The translations under genes were made by a program, and so were the position numbers. Shown one piece after another: positions 41,967 to 57,186 of a stretch of 64,000 nucleotides of DNA (its first letter is position 1; each line of letters opens with the position of its first letter). Origin of the DNA: Trichinella spiralis (lineage: Eukaryota); the NCBI RefSeq assembly GCF_000181795.1, contig NW_003526945.1, positions 460,917 through 524,916 on the forward strand, read 5' to 3'. Below the pieces are notes generated by a model. That model did not search any database. It was given only the letters and a program-made list of their open reading frames with translations, and was not told the origin of the DNA.

Positions 41967-44209
41967 ATGGCACAGTATGTAATTCAATATTATTCAATTT
42001 CGTATTATACTTGTGCAGGTAATTCATTTCATTATATAATTTTGCCATTGTTCAAAAGTGCCAAAATTTATGTGAGAAAACGATGCATGCCTTGTAACAT
42101 CGATATGCATTGAAAAACATGCTAAATTAGATTCTGAAAAATACGTCTTGTTAACTGTTCATCAACAAGAATTTGCTTTAAAATATCTTCTGATAATCAA
42201 ACAGCATTAGCACTGACTAAGCTACCATTAAGGATAAATGCAAATGGAATATAAAATGCAACGAAAGGATTATTAGAATGAAAATATTATTTTCGAATTT
42301 CTTGAAAATAATGTTATGTTCCTTTCGTCATTTCTTTTAAATTTACGATCAATTAAATGAAGCGCAGTATGCGTAATAATGAATGAAATAAAAATAAAGC
42401 AGAAGAAAACAGCATTTTGATGTTCATACGCTGCTAGTAGCTATTTGCAAATAATTTTTAGAATTTCTTGCAAATTTTGGTTATCGTGATTTATACGGTC
42501 CACAAGCTTTTGCTGCTGTACAAGGCCAACGTGCATTTCATCCGCCAACTTTTATGATCCCACCAATTCCATTACCAGCAGAAACTTTGCCGATCGGTCA
42601 CATTATTTCATCAGAAACAAATTCTGAAAAAGCAGACAATGTTCTAGCCAAGAATTCTAGTAAAAAATTTTTTTAATAAATACTTATTTTTTACATTTAA
42701 ATGCTTTCAACCTCAGACAGCAGCTGCGCTACTTGTGTAATATGCAAAGATCGGGCAACAGGTCGACACTATGGAACAAATAGCTGTGATGGTTGCAAGG
42801 GATTTTTTCGTCGAACAGTGCGAAAAAAGCAGCACTACGTTTGTCGCTTTGATCAAAAATGTGTTATTGACCGCGACAAACGGAACTCATGCCGCCACTG
42901 CAGATTTCAAAAATGTCTTGCAGCAGGAATGAGAAAAGAAGGTCCCTTAGATAGTTTTATTTTTATATATAAATATATGCGTTTTAATTTTACCAGTTTT
43001 ATTTCATTAAAATGTCTGTTCATAATTCTTTCATGCTTAAAATAAATAATGATTTTGTGTCGAAATATCCCATTTTAGCAGTACAAAATGAACGTGATCA
43101 AATTAAACGTCGCGTTCAAGAAGGAAAAGTTGATAGTGCAGCACAACATTGGATGGGATTTTTTTCAATGCTTATGGAAGCAGAAAAAAAATCATCTCCA
43201 GTAAGAGTCAGTGTTATTACAAACGCATCGCAAGCAGGTACGGATGAGAAATTGGATTCAGTTTCAAAGTTAGCTACGCTTACTGACATTGGTGAAGCAA
43301 TAAAGCAACAGCTTTTACTATTGGTCGACTGGGCCAAAGCTCTTCCACCTTTTCACGCGTTGGCACTAGAAGATCAGGTATATTTAAAAAGTTTACTAAT
43401 ATAAATATATTCATTATATATTCAGGTTGTTTTATTGCGTGCATACGCAGCAGAACATTTGCTTTTAGGGGTAGCAAGACGTTCTCTTCCTTTTAAAGAT
43501 ATGCTCTTGTTAAGCAATGATGCATGCATTCCACGAGGGCATTCCAATCATTTACCTGATGTTAAGTGTGTATTTTATTTTCTTCTTTTCTTCCACACAT
43601 TTATTTCAGTCGTTCTTTCAACTGAATAACTTCTGTTTTTAATTATGAATATCAAATTCTATTAGCAGAGTTAAAAACTATTAATCATGGTAAGAATTAA
43701 AGCATCTGAAACGTAAATTAAGTTGTGCATAACTTTTCCATTTTACTCACTTTGGTTTAGCACATTTTTTTATATGAAATATTGTAGCCATGTTTTACTC
43801 CGAGTATTGGACGAGCTGGTGGAACCAATGCGTGAACTAAACCCAGATGATACGGAATATGCATGCATTAAAGCGCTATTATTTTTCAATCAAAGTAATT
43901 TAATTAACGAAAAAGTCGACGTTTACATTTATTGCTTATTACTTTATAGATATCACAGGTCTTCATTCAAAAAATGAAGTGAAAGATCTGAGAAGTAAAG
44001 TTTTAATTGGACTTCAAACGTACTGCGCGGACAACTGCAAAAAAGATCCCTTACGTTTTGGAAACCTGCTGTTGCTGCTTCCACCTCTTCAGGCAATGTC
44101 ACAACAGTTTGTTGAAGATTTGCAGCTGGTTACAATTTTTGGAATGTGCCATTTCGACAAGCTTTTAGATGAATTACTGCTAACAGCCACTCAACGAAAA
44201 AAAATATAA
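41967..44209 (+). CDS. HNF4: Nuclear receptor NR2A (HNF4-like), about 7 exons
   Basis: Exons 41967-42018 (tentative), 42462-42659, 42717-42941, 43079-43377, 43426-43565, 43788-43894, 43950-44209. [34 protein letters not shown] with the CDGCKG P-box, then [75 protein letters not shown]. Confidence 0.93.
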
Positions 44210-44563
44210 TTGCCTTGCAATACTTTTTTTTAAAAACGTTCACAATCTGATTATTAAGAATTTTGAAATTTTAAAATCCACTCAAAATAGAAAGATACAC
44301 AACAGTGGCATTTGAATTTTGTATAATTCATTAATTATCATTTAAAATAAAATTTACTGGACTTTTACCAAAAAAAAGTTTTGATATCGAGGTGTTTTTA
44401 AAGTGATTAAATTGAATAAACATTTTGCTGTTTTCGTTGAGAAAAAGATAAAGCACTTTTAAGTTAATAAATAAATTTCATTATAATAATAATATAATCC
44501 CGAAAACAAAATAAATTTATCAGTAATATGTTAACAAAACCCCTTTTATAATGTTATACATTC

Positions 44564-47500
44564 TTAATCAGCCTCTGTGATTTTAGACGTGCTTGATAGC
44601 ACAACTGACACAGGCTTTGATAGCGGGGAATGATATGTATCATAAACACTGCACATGGAAAAAAAACAATTGCTGATGTCATTTATGTCGTTAATTGTGC
44701 AAGTAAATACGTTTGGTGGTACGAGAATTTTTCTCCAACCTTCGTATGGCAACTCAACATCAGTGGTACAATAAATAGCATATGCCTTAAAAATCAGTTT
44801 GCAGTTGTAGCGGTTTAGCTTAACAAGTGATGTTTAACAAGCTTGTTATTTACCTTAACAAGATGCTTATTTTTAAATGGAGGTTTCCAGCTGAGAAGAA
44901 TAGAATCTTGATTAACTTCAGCAATCGCCAAATCTTGTGGGGAACTTTCAGGCTCTAAAATTAAGCTGCAATTATTTCAAGGAAGTTCGTGCATTATATG
45001 CGTGATTACCAGTGATTACTACTAAATTTCTTTTGGTTGCTTCCTGTTTTTTGTAAGTTCTGCTAATTGTAATTGAGTAGACTGTGAAAGAACGAAGGTT
45101 ATTTATCTCGTACTCACGATCACTTAAAGACAATGAATATTGCCTTTTTTGTTTGTGATCCGCCAGACTAAAAGTGCCTCTACAATTGTACATGTTTATG
45201 CTTTTTTATATTATTTTCAGATGGTTTGTACTACATATCACATTCAGGACAGTTTAACAATCTGACAAAAATGCAGTTCAGCTTTCTAAGATGCTCTGTG
45301 TTATCACTGTACTGTACACACAACTACAATTATTCAACCATTACAATGCAATTACTTACTTTGCTCTGTATTTGAGTATGTATTCTTCGTCTGGACACTT
45401 TTCTAGTCCTTCATCCCATCTGAGTTTAATTGAATAAGGAGTGACATTGATGACTTGAACCAACAGTGGATCTATAAAAAAGAATTGTAAATTTTAAACA
45501 AAAAAGGAAATCCTTTTAAATCAAATTTATATTTGATCGTATATGCATACCGGTTATTGAACGTCTTTTTGAACTTGGACTTGAATCTATAAAAGTAGAC
45601 TGTAAAGCACTGTATGCTGCTAAGCAGTAGGTATAAAAAGTTATATTAATATTTCAACAGAGTATCCAAATAAAAGAATTATCTGACTCTGTTACCTGTA
45701 GGTATTTTTGCTATCATATCCATTTGGGGTAACGTATTGATTTCATCAGATTCAAACTTTCGCATTTTCATTCGACGTAAAAGATGTATATAATCAGCGT
45801 TTGTCATGCTCCTACCAAATTGGTGAATTCGTTGCACGTATTGAACGCCTACAGTATCGACTGCCATTGTGGTAATCACCAATCCAAAAAGTATATACAC
45901 AACAGGAATATATAATGAGTGAAAAGCATTTGGAACAATATCGCCAAAGCCGACAGTAAGAATGCTGATTGTTGTGAAGTATAAAGAGTCGATAAAGGCC
46001 CATGGTTCTATTTGCTGCATTAAAGCTGCACCCAAAATGCAATACCCAAATACAATTAACAAAATTGCAGGTGCAGACAACCTCACATATTGTATTTTTT
46101 TCAGATCACTTAATAATATTTTTTCATTGCCTCTATCATCATTATGCAGGTATTCTACTCTTTTACTCCACCAGCAGCCGCTCGTTTTTAGTAGTTTTTC
46201 CTTAATTAGAATGTAACGAACATAAAGGTAGTAGACTCCAGAAGACAAAAATTTTGCAGTATTAGCTGTTGTGACCAAGAACAGAGGAATTCCAACAATG
46301 CAATAGCATATGCAAAATATTCGACCTTCTTTGGTCAAGGGAGTGACATCACCATATCCTATAAACAAGCAGCTCAGTATGATACGATTAGCAGTTTTAT
46401 TAGTAGAAATTAAGGTATTATACAAAAGCATTTCTTTTAATTTTTAATAACTGAAAATATTTATTGAAAATGTAAATTTATTGAAAAAGTTAAAAAAACG
46501 AAAAGAATATTGTCCCTCGTGTATTGGAGAACTACTAACACGACAAATTTAATTATAAATATTCCCTAAAAAGTTATCCATTGCAAAAAAGTGAAATTAT
46601 AAAATAGATAGTAGTGATAATCCAAATCAGTAAAGTATTTTGGAAATGCATAGCTGTAACTCAAGATAATCTGAAAATCCAAAACGGAATATGTTTACAA
46701 TTTAAGATTAAATTTTCAAGATGCACACAGTGCGGTATGTTAACATCAAAGTATCTTATTATGCGTAAAAAAGCTGAATTGCTTTGAGTTTATTTTATAT
46801 TCAGAATTCATTTTACCGTAATAATGTAAATAAATAACTAACACGTCTTTAATTTAAAGAAATAAAATCTGTTATTTTGATAACCAAATTAATAAAGACA
46901 AAAGTGAAATACTGTAATATGTTGCTTGAAAACAAATTGAAAAAGCTATTGTTATTTTTATTGCTAATTTTGCATTTTTATTTTACTTACATTTATACTT
47001 AAGTAGCAGTTATTTCATCATTAGTAAAAGAGAAATTGTTCATAAAAAGATTCCCAGTAAATTAATTTTATTAGTTATAATTCCCAAAAGATAGTAATAA
47101 TATAAAAATAATGTTTTGATATGATAAAAAGTGCACTGCATTTCTATATTTTAAAAGAAAGACTCATCTATATGTATGAAAGTAAGAATTTTTGGAATTT
47201 CATTTAATTCGGTTCAAGTTATAATCTCTTTTCTGCATTAGATACATGCAAAAATACATGAAGATATATAATTGATTAATGCTCGCAAGCTGTTAACTGA
47301 TGCTTCTGAAATTATTTTTTTTAATTTAAAGCCAAACTTATAAAATGCGCTAATAGATAAGATAAGGAAAAATACATACGCTTGACATAGTATGATTGAC
47401 AAGCTGTTATCTGTTTTCATTATCAATTCTAATTTAATTGACGCCACATGAAAAAGTCTAATGAGCTTGCAGTTTTATAAATCCATAGCCCATCAACTTA

Positions 47501-49744
47501 AGTAATTTAATCTGTACATAGAAAGGTAGCTGGTAGATTACACAATATTGAATTTCTTTAGAAACACTTTTCTTTAGAAAATAAATTTGCAATTTATATC
47601 AGTAGTTGTAGATGTTTGTATCCGATGATGCATAATTGAAGTATTATATCACTTAAATATTTGCTTTTAACAAAACAGTTTTAGCACATACTGCTGTTAT
47701 CAATCATTTTCAGAAATTTGTATTTTCGAGCATCGAAATGCAAATTTAAAACTAATAAATATTTCATTTATAATTAAATATTTATTTTAACATTTAACTT
47801 TTAAAATTAAAATAAACGTTAGACAGAATGCAAAAAATAAAATTTTTCTCTATATTAGAAGAGAATAAATTCACTGATAGAACTGATCAGTTGGTGATTG
47901 GATTTACTAGACATACGCAGTCAGTACAAATATAAATATACCTATTGTAGTTAGCGTTGTCAGCACGAAAAATAAAGCGGCTGCAAAATTCCATTCTTGA
48001 CCAGGATGTATTAATTCATTTAAACTGATTTCGTTAGGCTGTAGCACAATTCTAGCGTAGCGATCATTTTCCGTGTTCCTCCAACGATTCCATTTATGCA
48101 TTGAGTAAATACTGCGCACAAAATTGCGGAATTCAGTTTCACCCTCATCCATCGAACTCTTTGCTCGACTCATTTCAATCAAGCGTTCCAAAAGTAAATC
48201 TTTATCTGCTTTCATCTGAATCATCTTTTGGTTGTACAAATGCCTTATGTGCGGCTGTTCCAGCTTCATGAATACAAAAGCACCAATCAAAGTGTAAAGG
48301 AAAGACACAATAATCAGGCTGGCATGCGGCAAAATTAAGTAAAAGTACTAAAATTAATGAATATGATAAGTATTACCATTTTAATTGCAACGTATTATGT
48401 AGACGGTTCTAATCAATCTATTATTAAATTTAATATTTAAAATCTGAATGCCATATCACAAGTTGAATAAAATGTTTTAAATTATATACATATATTTCAT
48501 TTGCATCATTTTGTGTGCAATATTGATTCTTGATTAGTTTTATTTATTTACCTATACTGTACTTGTTTAAATGTTAAAAGACAAGATCTGTAGTTAATGA
48601 TTTGAATACTTTTCGTAAATAGAGGGATTAATTCCGGTTTGTCAAAATCTATGAAAAGTTTATCATAGTAGAAAGTTAATTTCTTGTCAATAAATAAAAA
48701 AAGAACTAAGCTTAATTCGAATATGCACAGCAGTAACACTTTGAATAGCTCATTCAAAATGATGCATCGCAAATTAACATTTGTTAGCTGCAGTAAAAAG
48801 TGGGTGCAAATTTATTCCATTTGCTATTTTTAGTTACAAATACCGCATTACTGCGATTAAGCTTTTTCAGCATGTTTTTAATGTTAGTAAGCAGATTTTT
48901 ACAAACTTTACAACTCGTGATATTTTTCTTCACATAGTAATAATGTTCTTCTTTAATTCGAAGTATCTGAAAATTTATTTGTTACTATTTAGTTGAACTA
49001 ACATATTCATTTCTCAAAAATGTTCACAAAATACGACGATTCTTATTTTGAATTGCTGTTGACTTGTTCTTCATTCTGTACTAATGATGTTCATTTATTG
49101 TTATGATTGTTGTTGTTGTTGTTTTTCTTTGAAATAGATTAATTTTGTACATGCTATTATGACTGCAATTATTGGATGCGATTAAATAAAAAAAACAATG
49201 AAAATGCTCGAAAATAAAAAAAAATCAAACTCCACTGCCAACGCTATAACAGATTAGCAAATAGTTATTGGAATTTTCCTTCATAATCGAGTATTTGTGA
49301 CAAAATGATCAATCAGCATTTGATGATTAATTTACATATGCTTGTGATGAAAAAATAATTTTTTTAATTTGAAAAAAAAGTTCTGTTCATAATGGAATGC
49401 TATTTTATTAAACTAGAATGAAAATATTGCGCTGTATGTGTTCAGATTTTTCCCTTTTTGAAAAAAAATTTAATTTTAGCCAAAAAACAAATGTCAAATT
49501 TATTATTTTTTTTTCAAAAATATTATTTTTCAAATAACATTGTAATCACGGTGAATTTATTAAAAATTTAACGATTCGATAAGAGAAGATGAAAATTAAA
49601 TGCAAAACATACATGTTTCCATTGGGATGTCGATGTTGTTTTGTGATGGCTACCAATTTGGAGTGTTTTATCTAATATCAAAGTATCATCTTCATCTTGT
49701 TGTTGGCAATGTTGAGAAGTATCAACCGACGGTCGTTCTTCCAT
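44564..49744 (-). CDS. Two-pore-domain (K2P/TWK) potassium channel with two C-terminal fibronectin type III domains, 8 exons, about 625 aa
   Basis: Exons 49744-49613, 48347-47942, 46358-45696, 45619-45551, 45471-45360, 45179-45010, 44954-44854, 44785-44564, all GT-AG and phase-compatible. Pore 1 LTTIGYGDVTP, pore 2 ILTVGFGDIVP, four TM segments. FN3 motifs VINVTPYSIKLRW...YEINNLRSFTVYSITI and PQDLAIAEVNQDSILLSWKPP...YAIYC...SPLSKPV. Confidence 0.88.
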
Positions 49745-49990
49745 GACCAGTCGGTTATGCTTTAACGAAGCTTCTGAGATGATGGTTTAAGTTAATTTGA
49801 GCAAATAAATCGTTCTTCGATCATCGCCAGACACACTAATTATGACCGATCAATACAGAGCCAAATCTGATTTACTAACTTATACCCTGTCCGAATGAAG
49901 CAACAATAGTCCAGATGCTAATTTCGACGCATTTGCAATAATCGACTGAATTCTTTGCATTTTGCTTGTTCGAATGTTTTCAACAAAAGG

Positions 49991-50060
49991 CATCATCATC
50001 ATCATCATCATCACCATCATCAACAACAACAACAACATCAATAACAATCATCATCTTATT
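49991..50060. repeat. (CAT)n/(CAA)n trinucleotide low-complexity tract
   Basis: Read directly, upstream of the TWK gene. Confidence 0.8.
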
Positions 50061-51271
50061 CATAATTTTTTTCTCCATCCATCACAATTTCAATAGTTTT
50101 CTTAACCATTTTCCCCTTTTGCACATGAAATTGTTCAAGGATGAAAAAGGCGATCGAAGATTAACTAATTTACCACCGTTGGTTGAACAATAAAAACAAC
50201 AAAGCTCGAACTGAAGAGAAAGAACGAAGAAGAAAGCTTTGATCCCCCAATGGCTCGCGAACGCTTTTCCAATGTATATTTCAAATCAATATCCAAGCTG
50301 TCAGAATCACATCCCCATCAGTATCAAATTTACCGATTCATTTGCCTCTGCTGAAATGAAGAAGGAAAAAAAAACATTACTCCTAAACTACTACTTTGAA
50401 AAACCGTCAAAATGGGGAAAAAGTAATTTTTTCCCAATATAATTAATAAAATCGATCCGTTGAAACTTGATGTCGGCAGAACTGCTTAAAAAAATCGATC
50501 ATTCAATTGAAACAGCATTCACACTTGAGTTTTTCGTTCATTTCCATAAATGAATATAGATGTGACAATTTTTAAATTAAATTTATTTGATTTCCTCATC
50601 TTAAATACGTTATCTGTAACAAAAGTTCTTTGATATTTTCTGATTTACATGACGCGTGTTTGTATGCCAAGATACGATCAAAAGTTGCACGATGGAACAA
50701 ATTTTTACCAGTACTTTCAACTTGAACAACTCATGAAACAATTATTAGAAATTTATCACTTTTATTCACTTAAAACAATACCTTTCTACATAAATTAAAG
50801 TAAAATTAATTCATTTTTAAAAATCTGTCCAACTGTATTTAAAAGTTCAGTCTTTTGTACTTGCACATCTCAAATGTTATTTACATTGTTAATATTTCAA
50901 CAGTGACATTGAAATGGAAACAATTTTTCAAGTTCAGTGTTGCAATACTTTTCAAAGACCAGAATTCGCCCAATTTACACATCCTGAAAAGAAAAAAAAG
51001 CACCCATCCGACAATATTACTTACAATCTAATGGAAAGATATACAGCATAAACCGGTTCCATTGGGTCAATTGAAAATTTAACAGGAAGAAAAAATTTGC
51101 CATCAAATGTTGTTTTGTGATATTGAAAAATAAACAATAAATTAAACGAGTATGTTTTTCGTTTTAATGAATATTTCAATACAGAAAGGTAAGTTATTGT
51201 AAATTCATTGGACAATATGAAGAAGAGAAATATAATGTGAGTTGAACGATCAAGCTGCAGCAAGTGGACAT

Positions 51272-52301
51272 CTAGCGTATCACCGCGTTGCGACGGCAAA
51301 TCGACGGCCCTATTTCGTCGTATTCTTTTTTCGTGTGCACAGACATCGCAAATTCGGACTGAAAATTTAAAAACAAAAAAAAAGAAGAAGAAGAAGAAGC
51401 TTAATATGGCTCAATTAATTAACAATAAGATAATTTTACCGATGATGCTAATACACTGCCGCCAAACCAAACGGCGTTGCGTTGCAGTCGATGGGACAGT
51501 ACGCGAACAGTCACCGGTTTCGGCTGTTGTAATATGGTAATTTTTTTATTTATAAAATATACGTGAAAACAAAACATCATTCTTACTGTAATACGATGAT
51601 CACAAAGTTGTTCAGTTATCTGAAGTCGTTGATTGACCAAGCGTCGGACATCACGTTCGATTCGACGATCGAAATCTTTGAACATTGTCGATCCACCACT
51701 AAGAACTATATTTCCATACAGTGCCCTGCGGACATCGATTGGACACTGCTGAATGGCTAAATCCACTTCTTCTGAAAGCGATCGCTTGTAATCTGCATTC
51801 GCAAACTGTTTCCAAGTGAAAAACAAATTTATTTACACGATAAATAATGAAAATTTGTTCAATTAGCTTTTACTTCTGGACAAAAGAAAATCTCAGGCCC
51901 AAGAAAACGCTCGTAGCCGACATCAACGTGGAACGGTTTCTTCGTCACTGCGTGTTGTCCTTCGTATTTTTTTATAAATTTCGACAAATTTTCATCGTAC
52001 TTGGAAAATTCTTTCATAATATTCGGCGACACATAACAGTACTTTTCCTGAAATTTGAAAAATTTCACCAACGAAAAATACAAGAAATAAAAAAACAGTA
52101 TTTATACTTTAATATTTCGTGCCGTTTCCATCGACTGTTCCGGCGGAATGCCCGTTTCACGTTCACGGAGCAAATTCTGTATGAAAAATGTTACTTCCCG
52201 GCCGGCTATTGGCATAAATCGACTGCACGACGCAAGTGTGTAACCGTCAATCTGAAACAACAACAAGTAAAAAATTAACGAACTTATTCATTAAACTTTA
52301 A

Positions 52302-52338
<37 letters not shown>

Positions 52339-53406
52339 ATTTGAATTGAAAAGCAAATAAAATAAACAAAACACTTACCACTGGTACACAGTGAGTTATG
52401 CCGTCACCAATGTCAATAACAAAAGCAGTTAAAGAGCGATTTTCTTGTGGACAACCTACCCACGACGCTGCAACAGCAAGAAATGCCTATAATATTCATA
52501 TTTTTTGTTTTTTTCAAAGCAAACTGTATACATAAATATAAATATATATATATATATTTATATTTATATTTATAATTTCACTACTTGTACTGCTATGTAT
52601 AAGCCCGGAACGTTAAACGATTCAAACATAACTTCTGCCAAATATTCACGATTTTCTGGTGTATTCAACGGTGATTCGGTCTGAAAAAGTAATATAAATA
52701 CAAAACGCATCGTTACATTAAAATACTATTTTGAAATTAATAATTACCATTAGAAAATTATGATCTTCTGGCTCTATACGCAGATATTTGAATATGCTGT
52801 GTTCCAAAAATCTTTCCATCAGGTTCCAATCTTCAACAACACCGTGTCGCACAGGATACTAAAATTATACACTTTCCAATGTTCAATAACAAATGACATT
52901 CTAAAAATGTGCTCTAATATGGACAATATAATAAAAAACTATTTCTCAATACAAAATGAAAATTATGCTTCAGTGCCATTCACAAAATTTAACATAGACA
53001 TGCATATACTCTAATTGAATAATTTGTTGCGTTCAAAGCCTCATCGCCGATGAAAAAGTCCATATCAATCGGCATTCTGCCAGTATTAGGTATGTTGTAC
53101 GATTGACTTCGGCATGCGATGACTAATAATAAAAAAGAAATTTTTAATGTGTTAAAACGGTGATTCAACTCTAATACCTGTTGGGATGATAAAATTGGGA
53201 TGCGTGTTACCAGCAAATCCAATCTTTGAATATCTGAAAATGAAAACATCATATACAAAAATCAATTTACAACAATAAATGGAAACATTCAAAACATATA
53301 TTCTGCAAATCATCATTCGATGAAAGTGACAAGCATTTGTACAAAAGTAATTGAGCATATCATACCCAGTTCCATTATCAATGACAACAGCAGATGAAAG
53401 TAACAT
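51272..53406 (-). CDS. arx-1: Actin-related protein 3 (Arp2/3 subunit), divergent copy, about 11 exons
   Basis: Motifs [148 protein letters not shown]. Confidence 0.93.
52305..52336. repeat. (TA)n microsatellite in an Arp3 intron
   Basis: Read directly. Confidence 0.9.
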
Positions 53407-55650
53407 AGCTAATATCTTAAATGAATCGTTTTCAGTAAAATTCTTTGCTACAAACAATGATATCGATTGTAAAAACAATGTGACTCATATTAAATGTTGG
53501 CGTAATTGTTCATACTGTAAGGAAATCATGTACTATAAAAAAATATTTGCAGTCAGCATTGCTTAATTTGAATAATACCTTTTTTAAATTAAGCACTAAA
53601 GATTATTTTTAAATATTATAAATATTTATATTTGCAATATTATTTACACATTTTCGTTATGCTTATTTCGAAAAATTCATGCTTCAACTTTCCATTCTTT
53701 GTAATTAATTTAAAATTTTATTTTAATGCTTTATTATTTTTCTATAGCTTTTAGTGTAAATTTTGAAATATTACAACTTGAAGGCACAAAATGAAATTTA
53801 GCGGTGAGCAAAAAATGTACCATTTTGCAATTATATTCATCTTTATTTAAATTTAAAACATAAAAGAACAAATTAAACTCATTTTAAAATTTAGATTTCC
53901 AGTATTGCATCATTTTACAATAAACTGTACTTGAAGATTTACTTATACAGTATACCTCAGCCATTCTTGACACATCTCGTCTTCATACCATCGAATTTGG
54001 GATTTTATGTTTTGCGGCTGTTGAGAAGGCATTATTCAAGTAATTGATTATTTATTAATTTTTCCATGTTTATTTCAATTTTTCTGTTATTCGAATTTTT
54101 AAAACTCGTTCTCTGAACATCAGTTATCACCAGCTGCTAGTAAAATTATTATATGTTAAAACGGTAAAATTATTTAAAGAGCATGAAACTTATTGTCCAG
54201 TTGATTAGAAACTTTCTTTGAAGTAAGTTTTATTAATGAAACGTGTTCAATTATGTTTGGTTCATTTCGGTACATAGTTAACAATATAATACTCATTGAT
54301 AATATTTTTCATTATTTTATTGTTTTGATACTGTTAAATTATGATAAATTTTTGCAGTGTTTTTATTCTCAACTTATTTGTCATTAAATGAATTTAATTG
54401 ACTATTAGTGTGGGTTTTTGTTTGTGAATATTTCAGCTTTTTAAAAATAATTATTGTCAGGTGAAAGTCAAGGTTATTTCATTTTTGGTGATTAGCATGC
54501 ATGTAATTTATTTTATTCTGATTTACAATAAATGGTGTTAACTGGAATTCTTGTTTGGAATATAATAAATATTCCATGTTGTAGAGATACACGTGTACTT
54601 TGTTACCAGTATTAAGTTTCGTTTATTGTAAATTATCTCCGATTTCGTATTACGCAAATTTATCTTCGAACGAATTTTTCTTCTGTGCTTTTTTTCTCAG
54701 CAGTGTGTAACAGTACAGAAGAAACTTCATGCAGCTGAATGTGTGTTGTTTAGAAATGGTTATTTTATTGACTTTAGTGTTACTTTTTTAAATGAGGGGA
54801 AGTTTTTTTTTAATTTGTAGTGCCATTTTTGTTTTTTTGTCTTGATAGAAGAACATGGCCTAGTTTTATAATTTCGACCAACTGAAGATTTAACAGACAT
54901 AATTACATTTAGAAGTGTTTCAGCAGTTTTTTGCGCAGATTTCTTTAAATGAGACTTTTTAATAATTTTATGTTTACTTAGAATTACACAATGAAATTTA
55001 TTTTTCAGTATGTTTTTCTTCATTTGATGGTTCATTTATTCACCACAGTTTAATAGCCGCTTATTTTAATGTTCTGTTCTTTCGTAGATTTGTTCAATGA
55101 AACGAATTGAATCTGCAACAATAGATGTAGGTTTCCGTAAATTTAATGAAATATTGAATAATTTGTTTCAAATGTTCTAATCTAAAGGAACAGGCATTTT
55201 AACGGTTTATTCTAACATAATGATGTGTATTTTATTAGATGTTGGTTGATGAATTGTACATATTATGAAAGTTTTCAATATTTTAATTAAAATATAGTTC
55301 TTACTGTATTGGTAAATTTTTAATGTGTTTTTTTAATATAAATGTTAAGATGTGTTTAATTCATTTTTACAGAGGTTATTTTTGTTTTTATTTTTTTGCA
55401 AATTGATTTTTGTGTTGCTAAATAAAACAGTTTGGGTTATTTACAATTGTTTCAGTTTTAAGCATGGAATTTGATTAGAAAAATTATTTGATTAAAGAAA
55501 GATCAATGATATGATGACTATAATTACAAGCTGTATTGGAAAGAGTTGAGTTTTCTTTTATAGAGGCAATTTCATTTGTAATCTTGTAATCTGAAGTGAA
55601 TTTGTTATTTTTTTTGCTTGTTTTTCAGCTTGTACAAGTACAAGATAGAT

Positions 55651-57060
<1,410 letters not shown>

Positions 57061-57162
57061 TATAAAAATAATATTTATATTTTTTTTTATCGTTGGGGTT
57101 TAATTTTTAAGGCTCGGTTTCAATTACATATACTGTTTTCATGTTGTGTTTTTTCTGCACGA

Positions 57163-57186
57163 ATAATAATAATAATAATAATAATA
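57163..57186. repeat. (AAT)n microsatellite
   Basis: About 8 AAT units downstream of the GOLPH3 stop codon. Confidence 0.85.

Noticed and set aside
49035..49130. Possible extra TWK exon with a poly-Asn tract
   Set aside because: It contains a stop or phase mismatch. Exon 49744-49613 already joins 48347 in phase (QWKH/YFYLILPH).
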